Assembly (NCBI GenBank): GCA_046538485.1 | Contig: JBKHIT010000002.1 | Location: 59,608-123,607, forward strand | Length of the DNA stretch: 64,000 bases | Reading direction: 5' to 3' | From: Candidatus Brocadiia bacterium | GTDB lineage: Bacteria > Planctomycetota > Brocadiia > SM23-32 | Notes under the pieces: model-generated | What the model was told of the DNA's origin: nothing | The model's input: only the letters and a program-made list of their open reading frames with translations | Database searches by the model: none | Made by a program: the position numbers and the translations under genes | Shown here: one piece after another, positions 19,858 to 31,300 of the stretch | Position numbering within the stretch: the stretch's first letter is position 1 | Layout of the letters: each line of letters begins with the position of its first letter

Positions 19858-20760
19858 ATGCCCACCAGTCAATTTCTTGATCCAGAGGTCTTGCGCTCAC
19901 TCGCCAATATCGAATTGAGAGCGCGAGTGCTCGTGGAGGGAATGTACGCATCCCGTCATAGAAGCCCGTATTACGGTTACAGCCAGGAATTTGTCGATCA
20001 CCGGGAATACGCCCCGGGCGACGAACCGAAGATGATCGATTGGAAGATGGTAGCGCGGACTGAAAAATATTTCGTCAAACGGTTCGAGATGGAATCAAAT
20101 ATGAACGTCGTGGCGCTGCTGGATGTCAGCGGTTCGATGGGATATGAATCCAGTAACGAAGCGCGTCTGAGCAAACTGGAATACGGTTCTTTCCTGGCAG
20201 CTTCCCTTGCTTTTTTGGTCAATAAACAACAGGACTCTCCCGGGTTGGTAACGTTTGACGAAAACATCCGTGATCTTGTCCCCCCAAAACAGGGGGATCG
20301 CAATCTTCATACTATTCTTTCGAAATTGCAGGATACCGAACCGGGTGGGAGAACGGATGTGGGCGATGTGCTCAAAGCGATAAGTCAGCGGCTAAAAAAT
20401 AACGGGATAGTTCTAATTATCAGCGACTGTTACGGGGACCCAGAAAATGTAGCGGAAGGCGTTCGGCATCTGTTGGTGCGCGGTCAGGATGTCATCATAT
20501 TCCACCTGATGGATCATGATGAGGTGACGTTCCCGTTCAAGTCTCTGACAAGTTTTCGAGATATGGAGACGGGGCAGGAAGTTATGAGCGACCCTCTCCG
20601 CCAGAAACAGCGGTATCTGAACAAATTCGAGGCTTTTCGGGAAGCGTTGCGCTCCAGCATCACTTCTGCTGGTGCCGACTATCGTTTCGTCGATACGGTT
20701 GATCCGCTGGAAACAGTATTGCGGGATTATCTCCTTTATCGTGAGCAGACCATGAGATGA
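19858..20760 (+). CDS. DUF58 domain protein (MoxR partner, VWA-like)
   Basis: The canonical DUF58 core is present: SQEFVDHREYAPGDEPKMIDWKMVARTEKYFVKRFE...VVALLDVSGSMGY. Confidence 0.85.
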   Translation: MPTSQFLDPEVLRSLANIELRARVLVEGMYASRHRSPYYGYSQEFVDHREYAPGDEPKMIDWKMVARTEKYFVKRFEMESNMNVVALLDVSGSMGYESSNEARLSKLEYGSFLAASLAFLVNKQQDSPGLVTFDENIRDLVPPKQGDRNLHTILSKLQDTEPGGRTDVGDVLKAISQRLKNNGIVLIISDCYGDPENVAEGVRHLLVRGQDVIIFHLMDHDEVTFPFKSLTSFRDMETGQEVMSDPLRQKQRYLNKFEAFREALRSSITSAGADYRFVDTVDPLETVLRDYLLYREQTMR

Positions 20761-20838
20761 AAAGGATTGTTCTAAAGAGCTTTTCTAGTTTATTTCGTAT
20801 CGTCAGAGACGGGAACGAAATGGTTTGATGGAGGCGCG

Positions 20839-23400
20839 ATGAGTTTTCTTTATCCACTTATGCTGGCCGGAATCGCTGGGATTGCGGTGCCGGTGATCCT
20901 GCATCTCATAGCGCGGCACCGATTTCCTGTCCAGGATTTTCCGTCCATCCGCCTGCTTCAGGCTGAAAAACGTGCGAACGTTTTTGCGTTTAAGCTGGTT
21001 GATAAAGCTCAGCTGTTGCTCAGGGCGCTTTTGCTTCTCCTGCTGGCCCTTGCGATGGCTCGGCCATTTTTGAATACGGCGAAAGACGAACCACCTCCGT
21101 TCAACCGCGTTGTCGTGCTCGATTGCTCTTCCAGTATGAAGATGACTGCAGAAAATGCGAGTGGGGGAGCAGCGCGACCGGCAAGCCTGATGGAAGTGGC
21201 AAAGAACAGGGGGACGGAATTGCTAAGCGAAGTCGAAGAGCCTGGCCATTCGGCCTGCGTTCTGGCCGGCCGTGTGCTGGAGCAGGATGGAAATACAAGA
21301 AGCAAGGTGGGCTCACTGTTACCGGGACATGCCGAATCTGTGCCGATCGTGCAAATGGCGGAGGCAATTGATGGCGAAGGTGAAGGACTCGTGTCGGCTT
21401 TAGGGAGAGCATGCGGATTGCTCCAGGGGCGGCACGAAATACGATCGCAAATTGTGGTTCTATCCGATATGCGTCGTTCGGCTTTTGCCGCTCGTAATCA
21501 AGCCAATATTGAGAAAATAAGACGGGTCGAAAAAGAACTGGGCGATCGGCTGGATGTTGTTTTCGTTGATGTCCGCGCGGAACCACAGTCGAATTTCGGA
21601 CTCCTGGATGGTTACGTCCGGGGCGGAGCGGGCCAGGTGGGCGAAGATGCCCATATCGTTGCGCGAATTGAACATTTCACTGATCGTATAGAAGAGCCTG
21701 AAGAAAGGGGAGATTCTAATGCTGAGAGCAAGAAACCGGGTTCAGGGAAGACGATACACGCTCGGCTGCGAATCGGACAGCAGAAAGAACCGTTTGTCCG
21801 CGAAATAGCTCTCCAACCGGGATCACAGGCCGTTGTAGATATGACGACACGGGTAAACAAAGCGGTCGAAACCTTCGCTCAGGTCTATCTGCAGGACCCC
21901 GACGGAGTTGCAAGCCCCGACGCTATGTCGGAAGACGACCGGTTTGCTGTTCCCCTGGAGGTTGCGGATGTGCTGCGGGTGTTAATTATCGATGGAACGG
22001 CTGCCGAAAAGGATACCAAAAGCGAAGTAGAAAAAGCAGATGGCGGTGTAATGACTGGTGGGCTTGGAGGGGATATGCACGGTGCCCCGCATTCTGAAGA
22101 AGAGAGCGATGGGGAATCGATCAGTGGAGTGCGAATTTTGCAGTATGTTCTCAACCCCGCTCGCGAACTGGGGCGAAGGGGGGGAACAGGTATAAATGCC
22201 AGCGTGGTGACGCTGGACGGTTTAGCGAACCAGCCGCTGAGTAAATACCAAATTATTTGTCTTTATGATGTCAGTAGTCTTTCGGCACAGGCCTTATCGG
22301 ACTTGGAGACATTTACAAAACAGGGTGGGGCGTTGCTTCTGATCGTAGCGGAAAATTGCAACCCGATGAAGTTTAATCGGACTTTGGCGTCGGCGGGGGC
22401 CGCTAATGCTGAAGCCGATGGGCGAGGGATGATTGCGCCGGCTCGGGTTGGGAACGAGAGAACTCTTAAATCTCCCGTAGGTGTTGCGCTAGGTTCGGAA
22501 AGTATGACCGAGCTCCATCCCGTGTTGGCGCCATTCCGGGATCAACGTCGGGGCGATCTTTCTGTGGTGAGATTTTCGAAGTTGCGGAAGTTGCGTGGGC
22601 TTGCGCGCGGCGCGGAAGTGATTGTTCAAAGCGAACCGCTGGGAGAAGGAAAACGGGGCATTCCATTAGTCGTGGAGCGAGACATCGGTGACGGCCGGGT
22701 GGTACTGCTGACATTCGGTTTCGAACTCGACCGCGGCAACGTTGCGCGGACGCGTGTTTTCCCCGTCCTTATGTGGCGGATTGTGGATTATCTCACAAAA
22801 AACCTCGAGCGGAAACCGCCTGATATTCTCACCGCTATGAGGCCTGCTGTACTGGATGTTTCCGAGCCGCGGTTTGCGTTCGTTGATGAAGTGGAGCTGG
22901 TCCCAGTTAAAGTTGCCAGAGAAAAATCGGCGGAAAAGAACGGCGAAAATGGGGATGTGAATCTGTCCGTGCAAAAAGAACGCGAAACGTCTTTAGCTGA
23001 ACCGCTGATCTTGCCGATTGCGGAGGATCGGACGGTGTTAGTGCCGGCTATCCCGACGGGTTTGTATCGATTACAAAAAGTCCGAACGAACGGCGGAACT
23101 TCGATGTTCAGCGCCCGTTCTCGTTACGTCACCGTCAATCCCGACCCCGCTGAGAGCGATCTGGATCTGGTTTCCGGAGAAGATCTTAACGAGATCGCGG
23201 GGGAAAGTTGGTCCCGCCTGCAGGTAGGTGAAACACTGAGTTTTGCTCCGGAAGGATGGGAAGCCTGGAAATGGCTGGTGCTGGCGCTGGTGGTTCTTTA
23301 TGCTGGCGAAGGATTTGTCGGGTGGTGGCTGAGTGCCCGAAGAGAAAAAGAACGAGCCGATGAATTACCGTCTTTTAACGGAGAAGGAACGGAAGCATGA
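20839..23400 (+). CDS. BatA-type N-terminal double-transmembrane (TIGR02226 / PF07584-like) VWA-domain membrane protein
   Basis: The N-terminus reads MSFLYPLMLAGIAGIAVPVILHLIARHR...LLLALAMARP, with two transmembrane helices and the LHL motif. A VWA MIDAS motif VVVLDCSSSM follows. The protein is 853 aa with a C-terminal transmembrane helix (WKWLVLALVVLYAGEGFVGWWL). Confidence 0.75.
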   Translation: MSFLYPLMLAGIAGIAVPVILHLIARHRFPVQDFPSIRLLQAEKRANVFAFKLVDKAQLLLRALLLLLLALAMARPFLNTAKDEPPPFNRVVVLDCSSSMKMTAENASGGAARPASLMEVAKNRGTELLSEVEEPGHSACVLAGRVLEQDGNTRSKVGSLLPGHAESVPIVQMAEAIDGEGEGLVSALGRACGLLQGRHEIRSQIVVLSDMRRSAFAARNQANIEKIRRVEKELGDRLDVVFVDVRAEPQSNFGLLDGYVRGGAGQVGEDAHIVARIEHFTDRIEEPEERGDSNAESKKPGSGKTIHARLRIGQQKEPFVREIALQPGSQAVVDMTTRVNKAVETFAQVYLQDPDGVASPDAMSEDDRFAVPLEVADVLRVLIIDGTAAEKDTKSEVEKADGGVMTGGLGGDMHGAPHSEEESDGESISGVRILQYVLNPARELGRRGGTGINASVVTLDGLANQPLSKYQIICLYDVSSLSAQALSDLETFTKQGGALLLIVAENCNPMKFNRTLASAGAANAEADGRGMIAPARVGNERTLKSPVGVALGSESMTELHPVLAPFRDQRRGDLSVVRFSKLRKLRGLARGAEVIVQSEPLGEGKRGIPLVVERDIGDGRVVLLTFGFELDRGNVARTRVFPVLMWRIVDYLTKNLERKPPDILTAMRPAVLDVSEPRFAFVDEVELVPVKVAREKSAEKNGENGDVNLSVQKERETSLAEPLILPIAEDRTVLVPAIPTGLYRLQKVRTNGGTSMFSARSRYVTVNPDPAESDLDLVSGEDLNEIAGESWSRLQVGETLSFAPEGWEAWKWLVLALVVLYAGEGFVGWWLSARREKERADELPSFNGEGTEA

Positions 23401-25664
23401 ACGTTATCTACTGGCTACTGGGACTTCGCGATCCCGGCTCAGTTTTAAAGATAACTGAATGGGCCTGGTATGCGGCCAGTTCGCCCGCTCTCTTGCTTCT
23501 TGTTGTAATAACCATTGTGGCACTGGCCGTTGCCGCCCTTAATTTGCTGCCCCAAAATGTCATGCCGTGGACTACCCGTTTCTCATTAACGTTAATGCGT
23601 ATCGCGGGATTTGCGCTACTTGTGCTGATGCTGGCGCAGGTTGAACTCGGACTCACCGTTCACCGTGAAGCGCGCCCCCGGGTGGCAATGTTGACAGATA
23701 TTTCGGGGAGTATGTCGATTAAGGATGGAGGCGGCGAAGAATCGCGTCTGTGGGCGGCCAATGCTTTCGCAAATGAAAAGGTCTCCAGGCTTGCCGAACA
23801 AGCGGATGTTGCCCGTTACTCTTTCAACTGGCAGGTAACTTCAGACGAAGAAAACCAGGGGGAGGGTAATGGCACAACACACCTTATCGAGGCCATCGAA
23901 GAAGTGGCGAGGCGGGAGAAAAGCGTCGATGCGCTCATTTTGCTGACCGACGGACACGATACGGTGGGAAATACTGGCCGACGTCTGTCGCGTCTCCTGG
24001 CGGCCCGCGGGCTTCCCGTCTATCCGGTAATTTTCGGGAAATCGGAAAAACCTCGGATTGCGCGCGTGAGAGTGACGGAGGGCGCGAATTATGTGAGGCT
24101 GGGCGACGAAACCCGTTTGGCTGCGAGGGTCACCTCGGAAGGTGTTCGTGGGCAGACGGTGGCCGTGCACCTGTTCGAGGAGGGCAAAGAAAAACCAGTA
24201 GCCAGCCGCGAGAACGTGCGAATTGGAAAGGGACCCGTTGAGGTCAATTTTGTTGTCCAGCCAACTGAACCGGGTCCACGAACGTATCGCATCGTTTTGA
24301 AGGGCGTCCGCGAATCGGTGAGTGAACGGACGCTTGTCGCAACACATCGCTTGAACGTGATCGACAAAAAGATCCGTGTGCTGTATGTCGACATCCCACG
24401 GGATGAACGCAAAATTTTGGGACACTGGCTCACTCTTGATCCCGTAGTTGATTTTGCTGCGCTGACATTGATGCCGAAAGGGGGATGGTATGGGCAGGGA
24501 GCCCTTCAACACGAAGACGTGGGAGCCGGACTTCCGAACAAAGAAGCGGATTTGTATAAATACGATGTGATCCTTTTCGGCGATATCCCGCGCAGTTATT
24601 TTCGGCATGGGGGCGACGTAGCGGAGACCAAAATGCGCCGTCTGGTGGAATTTGTGAGCCGCCGGGGAGGTGGCATTGTGACTCTTGGCGGGCGCGATGT
24701 ATACGCGGCTGGCGGTTACGAGGATTCTCCGCTTGCGCGTATTTTGCCATTCCGCATTGAACCCACCAAAGAGCCCCAGATCAAAGGCGAATTTTCGGCA
24801 CAACCCACAGCGATCGGTTTCAGCCACCCAATAATGCAACTTGAATGGCATCCCCGAGAAAACCGGGATGTTTGGTACGGTCTGGCCCGGCTGAACGGCT
24901 GTAATCGGGTCGGGGAGTTGAAACCAAGTGCCACTTTGCTTGCAGAACGAAAACTAGAGAATGAGACATTTCCGGTCATTGCCATTCACAATGTGGGGAA
25001 GGGGAAAGTTCTTGGAATGACCTGCGATACGACCTGGAGGTGGGAGATGATGCGCCCCCCCGACAGCGAAGATTATTTTCGAAAGTTCTGGGGTAACGTG
25101 GTCCGATATCTCGCCCCCGATCCTCGCCTTTCACCTCACCGACCACAGATAATGCGATACCAATCGCGGGCAGCGGTGGGAGAACGAGTTACCCTTGCAA
25201 CGCGCCTTGTCAATGATGTTTATGAGCCGGTGCGCAACGCGGATCTGCTTGTGAAAGTGCGCCACCCATCGGGAAGCTTAACAAAGATATATCCGCGGGA
25301 TGGGCGGGATAGCCCGGGACTCTACGAATATGAAATTGATGTCGATGAACCCGGCATCTGGACGGTGGAAACTGTTTACAATGACGCAACGACAACCGAG
25401 AAAATCAGGGCCGGGGAGAGTACGGAAGAGATGGAGGACCCGACAGCGAAACCAGACGCCATGAATCAGTTTGCCCGCACTACCGGGGGAAAAGCGTTTA
25501 CTCCACAGGAAAGTGAGGATTTGCTGAATGCCCTGGATCTTGAGAGGCGAGAGTACGTTCAGCGACCTGTTGTTGCGGTCTGGAACCTCCCCATTGTGCT
25601 GCTGGCACTTCTGGGATTAGTGTGTATGGATTGTTTCATCCGGAAGCGACGGGGGATGGTGTAA
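23397..25664 (+). CDS. Second VWA-domain membrane protein (BatB-like) with a GATase1 / DUF1355-like domain
   Basis: The N-terminus has transmembrane helices. A MIDAS motif VAMLTDISGSMS is present, and a central DVILFGDIPRSYF...GGGIVTLGG region resembles a class-I glutamine-amidotransferase-like domain. A C-terminal transmembrane segment IVLLALLGLVCM follows. The start overlaps the upstream stop (ATGA). Confidence 0.7.
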   Translation: MNVIYWLLGLRDPGSVLKITEWAWYAASSPALLLLVVITIVALAVAALNLLPQNVMPWTTRFSLTLMRIAGFALLVLMLAQVELGLTVHREARPRVAMLTDISGSMSIKDGGGEESRLWAANAFANEKVSRLAEQADVARYSFNWQVTSDEENQGEGNGTTHLIEAIEEVARREKSVDALILLTDGHDTVGNTGRRLSRLLAARGLPVYPVIFGKSEKPRIARVRVTEGANYVRLGDETRLAARVTSEGVRGQTVAVHLFEEGKEKPVASRENVRIGKGPVEVNFVVQPTEPGPRTYRIVLKGVRESVSERTLVATHRLNVIDKKIRVLYVDIPRDERKILGHWLTLDPVVDFAALTLMPKGGWYGQGALQHEDVGAGLPNKEADLYKYDVILFGDIPRSYFRHGGDVAETKMRRLVEFVSRRGGGIVTLGGRDVYAAGGYEDSPLARILPFRIEPTKEPQIKGEFSAQPTAIGFSHPIMQLEWHPRENRDVWYGLARLNGCNRVGELKPSATLLAERKLENETFPVIAIHNVGKGKVLGMTCDTTWRWEMMRPPDSEDYFRKFWGNVVRYLAPDPRLSPHRPQIMRYQSRAAVGERVTLATRLVNDVYEPVRNADLLVKVRHPSGSLTKIYPRDGRDSPGLYEYEIDVDEPGIWTVETVYNDATTTEKIRAGESTEEMEDPTAKPDAMNQFARTTGGKAFTPQESEDLLNALDLERREYVQRPVVAVWNLPIVLLALLGLVCMDCFIRKRRGMV

Positions 25665-27506
25665 ATGGCCAAACGATCAGGACAGCAGGGAACGAAAGAA
25701 ACGCGGGAATCCCTGCGTTCCCTGATGGATGGGCTCCGGGGTTTCGGCCGGTTCCGCAAAAAATGGCGCATTTTGGAAGGCCTCGGACGGGCCCTGGTTG
25801 TGGGGCCTGCGCTCCTTTTCTTGTGGTTTATCGTCGATTGCATCTTTAGGCTGCCTGCGTGGCCTCTCTTCCTCCTATTTGTTCTGGTATGTCTTGGCTG
25901 GTTGCTCGGTATTATCCGGTGGTTTGTGTGGCCGCTTTTTGGCAAGATCGACCCGGAACGGGAAGCGTTACAGGTAGAAAAACTGCATGGCAATATGGAC
26001 AACCGTCTCATCGGCGCTCTCCAGCTTGGCGAAGAAGTCCAGGAGAGTGAACGAACCGGGCACCGGTTAGGCTATTCCAAAGGGCTTGCGCGGGCTTTTG
26101 TGCGTCGGATATCTCGAATGTGGCCAAAACTCGAAGCACGACAGTTCGTCGACCTGAGATCTGCCAAACGATGGTTCGGAGCGATATGGCTTGTTGTGCT
26201 GATCGCCGGAGGCTGTTTTTTCCTCGGGCGCGATGCCGTGACGAATCGAGTCAACAGGCTCCGACTGGCTTATGCGACGGTCCTCGACACGATTTTCCCT
26301 GTCAAACTCGTAGCACATCCGGGCAACATAAAGCTCGTTACAGGGGAATCGGTCGATTTGTCCGTCGAAGCTAAAGGTGCGCGACGGCCTGAAATCGAGT
26401 TGATCATGACTGATCAAAACGGGAAAAATCCCCGAAGCGAGATGCTCGAACTCAAGGAGCATAAAGCCCGGTTTAAAATCGAAAAGGCGGCGGAGTCTTT
26501 CAGATATACATTCCGCTACGGACGACAGGAAACCGAACAGTATACGGCACTCGTGGCGGATCTGCCCCGGCTGGAAGCTATTAATTACGAATTGATGTAT
26601 CCCGCTTATACCGGCCAGCCGCCTCGAACACTTGTGGGACGCGTGCCCCGATTGCGAGCCCTGGAGGGCACGCGTGTACTGGTAAGTTTCGCAACGACAT
26701 CTCCGCTGAATCGCGATCTTTCGCACGTGGAATGGCAAACGGGCGTTCGACAACCCATATCCATCCGGGGCCGGTTTGGCCATTTCTCATTTGTTCTAGA
26801 GCAGCCCGACCGTGCTAAGATCTATCTTTTCGGGATGCACGGGAAGAAATTCCGAATGGAAAAGACGCCGAGTTTTGAAATTGCGGTTCGACCTGATGAA
26901 AGCCCATCGGTCAGAGCCCTGCTGCGGAAGAAGAAACAGACGATGCTTGCTGAGCAGGCGACGGCTTTCGCGCTCGGTTATGCAGCAGAAGATGATTTTG
27001 GCGTCTCGGAAATAGTGTTGAGATATAAGATCGAGGGTATTGATGAGTTTTTGAATCGGCCGACGCGGGAAAATGAGGTTACGCGGAAAATCGATCCGCC
27101 CCGCGACAAGATCAGAGGAAGGTTTGCAAAAGTATTCGAAGCCGTGGAACCACCTCTTGCGCCCGGAGATCGCATTCGAATGACGATTCTGGCGCGGGAT
27201 AACAATACGGAAACAGGACCGGGGCTCGGTAAAAGTCAGCCCATTGAAATTGTTGTGGTTCGACCGGATCTGGCGAAGTTTACCGAAAAGGAATTCGCTT
27301 TTGGCGGACGAAGTTTGCTCGGCGAATTGCACAAAGTAAAACGCAGCACAAATTTGCTTGTCCAACCTGAACGGAGTGTGCGAAAAGAAAAGCAACACGA
27401 AGTTGAACCAAGGGAACTGGAAGCCAGACTGAATCCAGAATCGTGGCCCAGCGGGGCTGAAGATTCCGTAGGCGATTATTTCCGGCTTCTGTCGGAGGAG
27501 GAATAA
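25665..27506 (+). CDS. Hypothetical membrane protein of the MoxR/VWA operon
   Basis: 613 aa. The N-terminus has transmembrane hairpins LVVGPALLFLWFIVDCIF...LFLLFVLVCLGWLLGIIRWFVWPLF, followed by a large soluble domain. The start codon directly abuts the upstream stop (TAAATG). Confidence 0.55.
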   Translation: MAKRSGQQGTKETRESLRSLMDGLRGFGRFRKKWRILEGLGRALVVGPALLFLWFIVDCIFRLPAWPLFLLFVLVCLGWLLGIIRWFVWPLFGKIDPEREALQVEKLHGNMDNRLIGALQLGEEVQESERTGHRLGYSKGLARAFVRRISRMWPKLEARQFVDLRSAKRWFGAIWLVVLIAGGCFFLGRDAVTNRVNRLRLAYATVLDTIFPVKLVAHPGNIKLVTGESVDLSVEAKGARRPEIELIMTDQNGKNPRSEMLELKEHKARFKIEKAAESFRYTFRYGRQETEQYTALVADLPRLEAINYELMYPAYTGQPPRTLVGRVPRLRALEGTRVLVSFATTSPLNRDLSHVEWQTGVRQPISIRGRFGHFSFVLEQPDRAKIYLFGMHGKKFRMEKTPSFEIAVRPDESPSVRALLRKKKQTMLAEQATAFALGYAAEDDFGVSEIVLRYKIEGIDEFLNRPTRENEVTRKIDPPRDKIRGRFAKVFEAVEPPLAPGDRIRMTILARDNNTETGPGLGKSQPIEIVVVRPDLAKFTEKEFAFGGRSLLGELHKVKRSTNLLVQPERSVRKEKQHEVEPRELEARLNPESWPSGAEDSVGDYFRLLSEEE

Positions 27507-28340
27507 ATGCGAGGTAAAAATAGCCATTACTCTGTCTTTCTTCGGTTGCTGACAATGTTGGCTGTAATCAGTCTCGTGACGGTGTCACGTAGCTTACGTG
27601 CCTCCTGGGCGGAACGTGCCGGGAAAATGAATAGAACGAAGCTTTCGGAACAAGAGGCACGGGCGAAGAGCGAGAAGGGCCAGCAGGAACGCAGAAACAA
27701 GCTGGCTATGCGTCGGATCAACCCCTCAATGGAAGGTGTTGACTGGAATGCTGACCCTACCGCAATCCCTTATATGCTCTACCAGGTGAACAAACGAACC
27801 GATCTGCCTGTTTACGTCGATAATGACGGCCTCAAGGTGGCTACTGATGAGCTGTTCGAGTTTACCATCGTTTATCTTACCTCTCACACCCGCTGGTCGT
27901 TCAATGAAAAGGAAACGGCCAATATGCAACGGTTTTTGCGTCGTGGTGGGACATTGTTGCTGGATGATTGTTATAACCGGGGAAGTGCATTTACCGATAG
28001 CGTTCGGCCGGAGGTGGCAAAGATGATCCCCGGTGCGGAACCGACAATGCTTTTGAAAGACGATTCCCGCGTGGAAGATGTATTCCGGATGGTGTATGAA
28101 ACACCGTGGCCGGGGGAAGCAGGTCGGTTTCCCAACAAACCTTGGCAGTATTTTCTGCTGGACGGGCGTCCGGCGGTATTTTTCAGCCCCAATGACGATG
28201 GTTGCGGCTGGGAAGTTTCAACTCCCCCGACGGCTTCAAACCCTATCGGTGAGGGAATCGGGCATGGAGGAGATAACCGACAACGAGAACTTATGTATCA
28301 GTGGGCAACAAACTGGATGCTTTATGCTTACACACACTGA
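27507..28340 (+). CDS. DUF4159-like protein (typical terminal gene of planctomycete MoxR operons)
   Basis: It has an N-terminal signal or anchor LLTMLAVISLVTV. FTIVYLTSHTRWSFNEKETANMQRFLRRGGTLLLDDCYN suggests a GATase1-like fold. It directly abuts the upstream gene (TAAATG). The family assignment is from memory of the architecture, not from a search. Confidence 0.5.
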   Translation: MRGKNSHYSVFLRLLTMLAVISLVTVSRSLRASWAERAGKMNRTKLSEQEARAKSEKGQQERRNKLAMRRINPSMEGVDWNADPTAIPYMLYQVNKRTDLPVYVDNDGLKVATDELFEFTIVYLTSHTRWSFNEKETANMQRFLRRGGTLLLDDCYNRGSAFTDSVRPEVAKMIPGAEPTMLLKDDSRVEDVFRMVYETPWPGEAGRFPNKPWQYFLLDGRPAVFFSPNDDGCGWEVSTPPTASNPIGEGIGHGGDNRQRELMYQWATNWMLYAYTH

Positions 28341-28366
28341 TAATTGCCTTTGGCGGACGAACAATA

Positions 28367-31300
28367 ATGAAAACAGATAAATTATTTCTGCGGGGCCGCT
28401 GGGCTGCGATTTTGTTGTGCATTCTTTGCCTGGCTCTGGTGGGAGAAGTGTCTGCTGACGAAACCGTGGAGTTGCGGCTTGTGCCTTACGACCGGCCCGA
28501 TGTTACGGTGGATGAACTCGACGAAGAACGACCGATCGTTAATCCAGTGTCAACCGCTCAGGGCGTTGAGATGAGACAAGTTGGGGTAGCGGTTACCTGT
28601 TGGGCACGGAATGTGCGGCTCGATGGCCAATCTGTTTTTGAACGCTACCACGGTAGGAAGTACGTGGGACGAGTTCCGGTCGTCAAAAAGAAGCTCGAAC
28701 CCGGCAAACATACAATCTGGCCGGGCGAACATACCTTTACGGTAACGGATGAAGGCGAGCTTCAATCCGGGAGCCCCGCTCTGGAGATCGAGGAGAACGT
28801 TGTTCGGATCAAATGTTATCCGGTGACGATTGAAGCGTATCAGTCTTCGGGCCCAGGCTTATCGGGGACAATGCGACAGCAGGCACTGCCGGAGATGACG
28901 CTTCGTGAGGCAGAAGATGCCTGGAGCGCGGCAGAAGATAACAAAAAGAAACCCCGGGAGTTGTTGCCTGTTTTTGAGGATTTTGCACCGCTCCGAATCT
29001 GGCTGCCACCGAATACAGCGGGTGCTGGCTATTTGCTCCATCCGGTCGGGCTCACGTTTCAGCTGGATGCCGATGGGGTGAAGGTTGGATCGGGTGAGAA
29101 AGGGAGAAAAGTTGACGGTATTAAAACGGCGAAAAATAAAATTCGCGTACCGCTGAGAGTTCATCCAGTGCGTGGTGATCAGGGAAGTGCGCTCGTGGTT
29201 CTCGGTGTGCATAAAATGGAATGGGAACGGGAAAGTGGCCTCAAAGAGGCGCGATGGTATCCGCGGCACCAGCCATACGAGGTTCAAATTGCTGAAGAAG
29301 CGCCGACAATTGAAATTGAGGGACATTTGCAGACACTGCCAATAAAAATGATGAGAGTGCGAATTGTCGACCAGCTGAGCGGGGCCCAGCAGCTGCTTGT
29401 TGCGGAGATGGAGTCACCTCACCTGATCACTCAGCAGCAATTTGTAAGCCGTATCCGGGGTGTCGATGCTCGCGGGAGCAAGCTGGACGATAAGGTTGTT
29501 TTCGGGGAAGTGCGAAGGTATGGCGAAAATGAATGGAATAAGCTCGGATTGAAAGGCCATGGCCAGGGGGAGGCGAAATTTTTTGTGCCGGAACTTCCAA
29601 CGGGCCTTTACGAATTGCGGATCGGTTTCGAAGTGGCCGAAAACGACCGTTTCGGCGTAAAAAGATGGGTGACCATCGGGCCAGAGGAGCCACGTCCGGG
29701 AGTTGGCACGTTTACTCAAAAGGGGCGAAATGCTTTCTACCGAGGAGAAGAATTCTGGATTGGTCTTGGTGTAAGAACTCCCGGGGAGCAGATTCCCTCC
29801 GGCCAGCGCATCGAGTTGAAATTGGAGGACGAAAATGGGCGGGAACTCTCGGTCTATGTTGGGAAGACCAAGGCACCAATTGAAGAACGAAAAACCTATG
29901 TGGTTCGGGTTGGCGGGGAGATGAGTTTAAAACTGGCGCCGGGGAAATACCGACTCGCAGCCAAACTGGGATCTTACAGTTCCCCGGGGCGTGATATTTC
30001 GATTGTCGAACCTGATCCGCAGACGCATTTCACGACTATGCTCAATGGAAAATATAACGTCATCGGCAAACAGTATGAGAAAGTTCTCAAGACGTGTGAA
30101 GGCGCAGAGTTTCTGGCCCGGGAAATAAAGGAGGCCGGATATAACACGTTCATGGGAATGAGCTACAGCTTGCAGCGTCATAACCGTAAAAATACGGCAA
30201 TCGAGCAGCTTGTGCGTGAACGACCGTCTCTGGGCCCGTGGGAAAGTTATTATCAACCCAGCGGACGCGACCGGTTTATGAACGCGGCGGTTCGCAATAA
30301 CTTGAGATTTTACGAGAATATCTTCAGTCATCACGACAGCATGTTACCACGGCATAAGGCTTTTCTCGCGGCCGCCGAACGATATGCGAGCCTCGAATTA
30401 GAGTCTATGCGGCACAGCCCCGTTTTTCGGGGAGTCTGTTTGTATGATGAGTTTTATCATTCGGGGGGAGTTCATACGGCAGCGATAAAGGATATGTTTC
30501 TGAAAGCCCAGCAGATGGGTTTCAGGGAACGTTATGATGGTTTGACTGTGGCGGAAGCCAAGAAAGCGCTCGATCGGTTTGTCAGACGACCGCCTGGGCG
30601 TCGGCGGACGGAAGATGTGGAGAAGTACCGGCTCTGGAAAGAGCATGAGGACTGGCAATGGGAACGATTTTCCCGACGTATGAACGGAGCGATCAAAGAT
30701 GTGATGCCGTCCGCTCGGACCTTTGCTCTCCAGAGATTCGGGGGTAGTAACGGGTCAAATATCGCGCACAATGGCCCTTCGGAGAAGGTTTTTGGACCGC
30801 TGGATATCGCATCCTGTGTTATGTACAAGGACGGAGGGTTTGGGGACCGGCCGGTATTCGCCCCAATGCAGGCGGATGTACTCAGCATTCGTAAAAATAT
30901 CCCCGTCTGGACGCAACTTCATTGTTTTCACGGTCCCGGGATTTACGGGCGGCATCTTCTCCGGCAGGCGTTCTTTGCACTTTCGCAAAAAGTCGAAGGG
31001 TTCAGTTTCTTTACGATCGGGTTCGATCCAGAGAACCCCCGACAACTTGATAACAGGGATACGATTCGCACGATTGCCGCTGAACTTTGCAGGCCCTACG
31101 GTGATTTCTTCATGGCTTGCGAGAAGGGCTACAAAAAGGTTGGTATTTATTACTCGCGGACGGCGGCGCACCTGAGACAAAGAAAATCTCTAAAATTGAG
31201 TTACGCATGCGAAGGGCTCTGGGTTGGGTGTATGCGGGCTGGATATCCCGCCGACTTCCTCTACGATACCGATATAATTGAGGGCCGGGGAATGGAATAC

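Noticed and set aside
23841-24851. 336-aa minus-strand ORF
   Set aside because: It is antisense to the VWA membrane-protein gene (23397-25664). It is Arg/Phe-rich and reads as shadow-frame nonsense.
26067-27527. Two minus-strand ORFs of 238 and 243 aa
   Set aside because: They are antisense to the MoxR-operon membrane protein gene. The plus-strand gene is supported by operon context.
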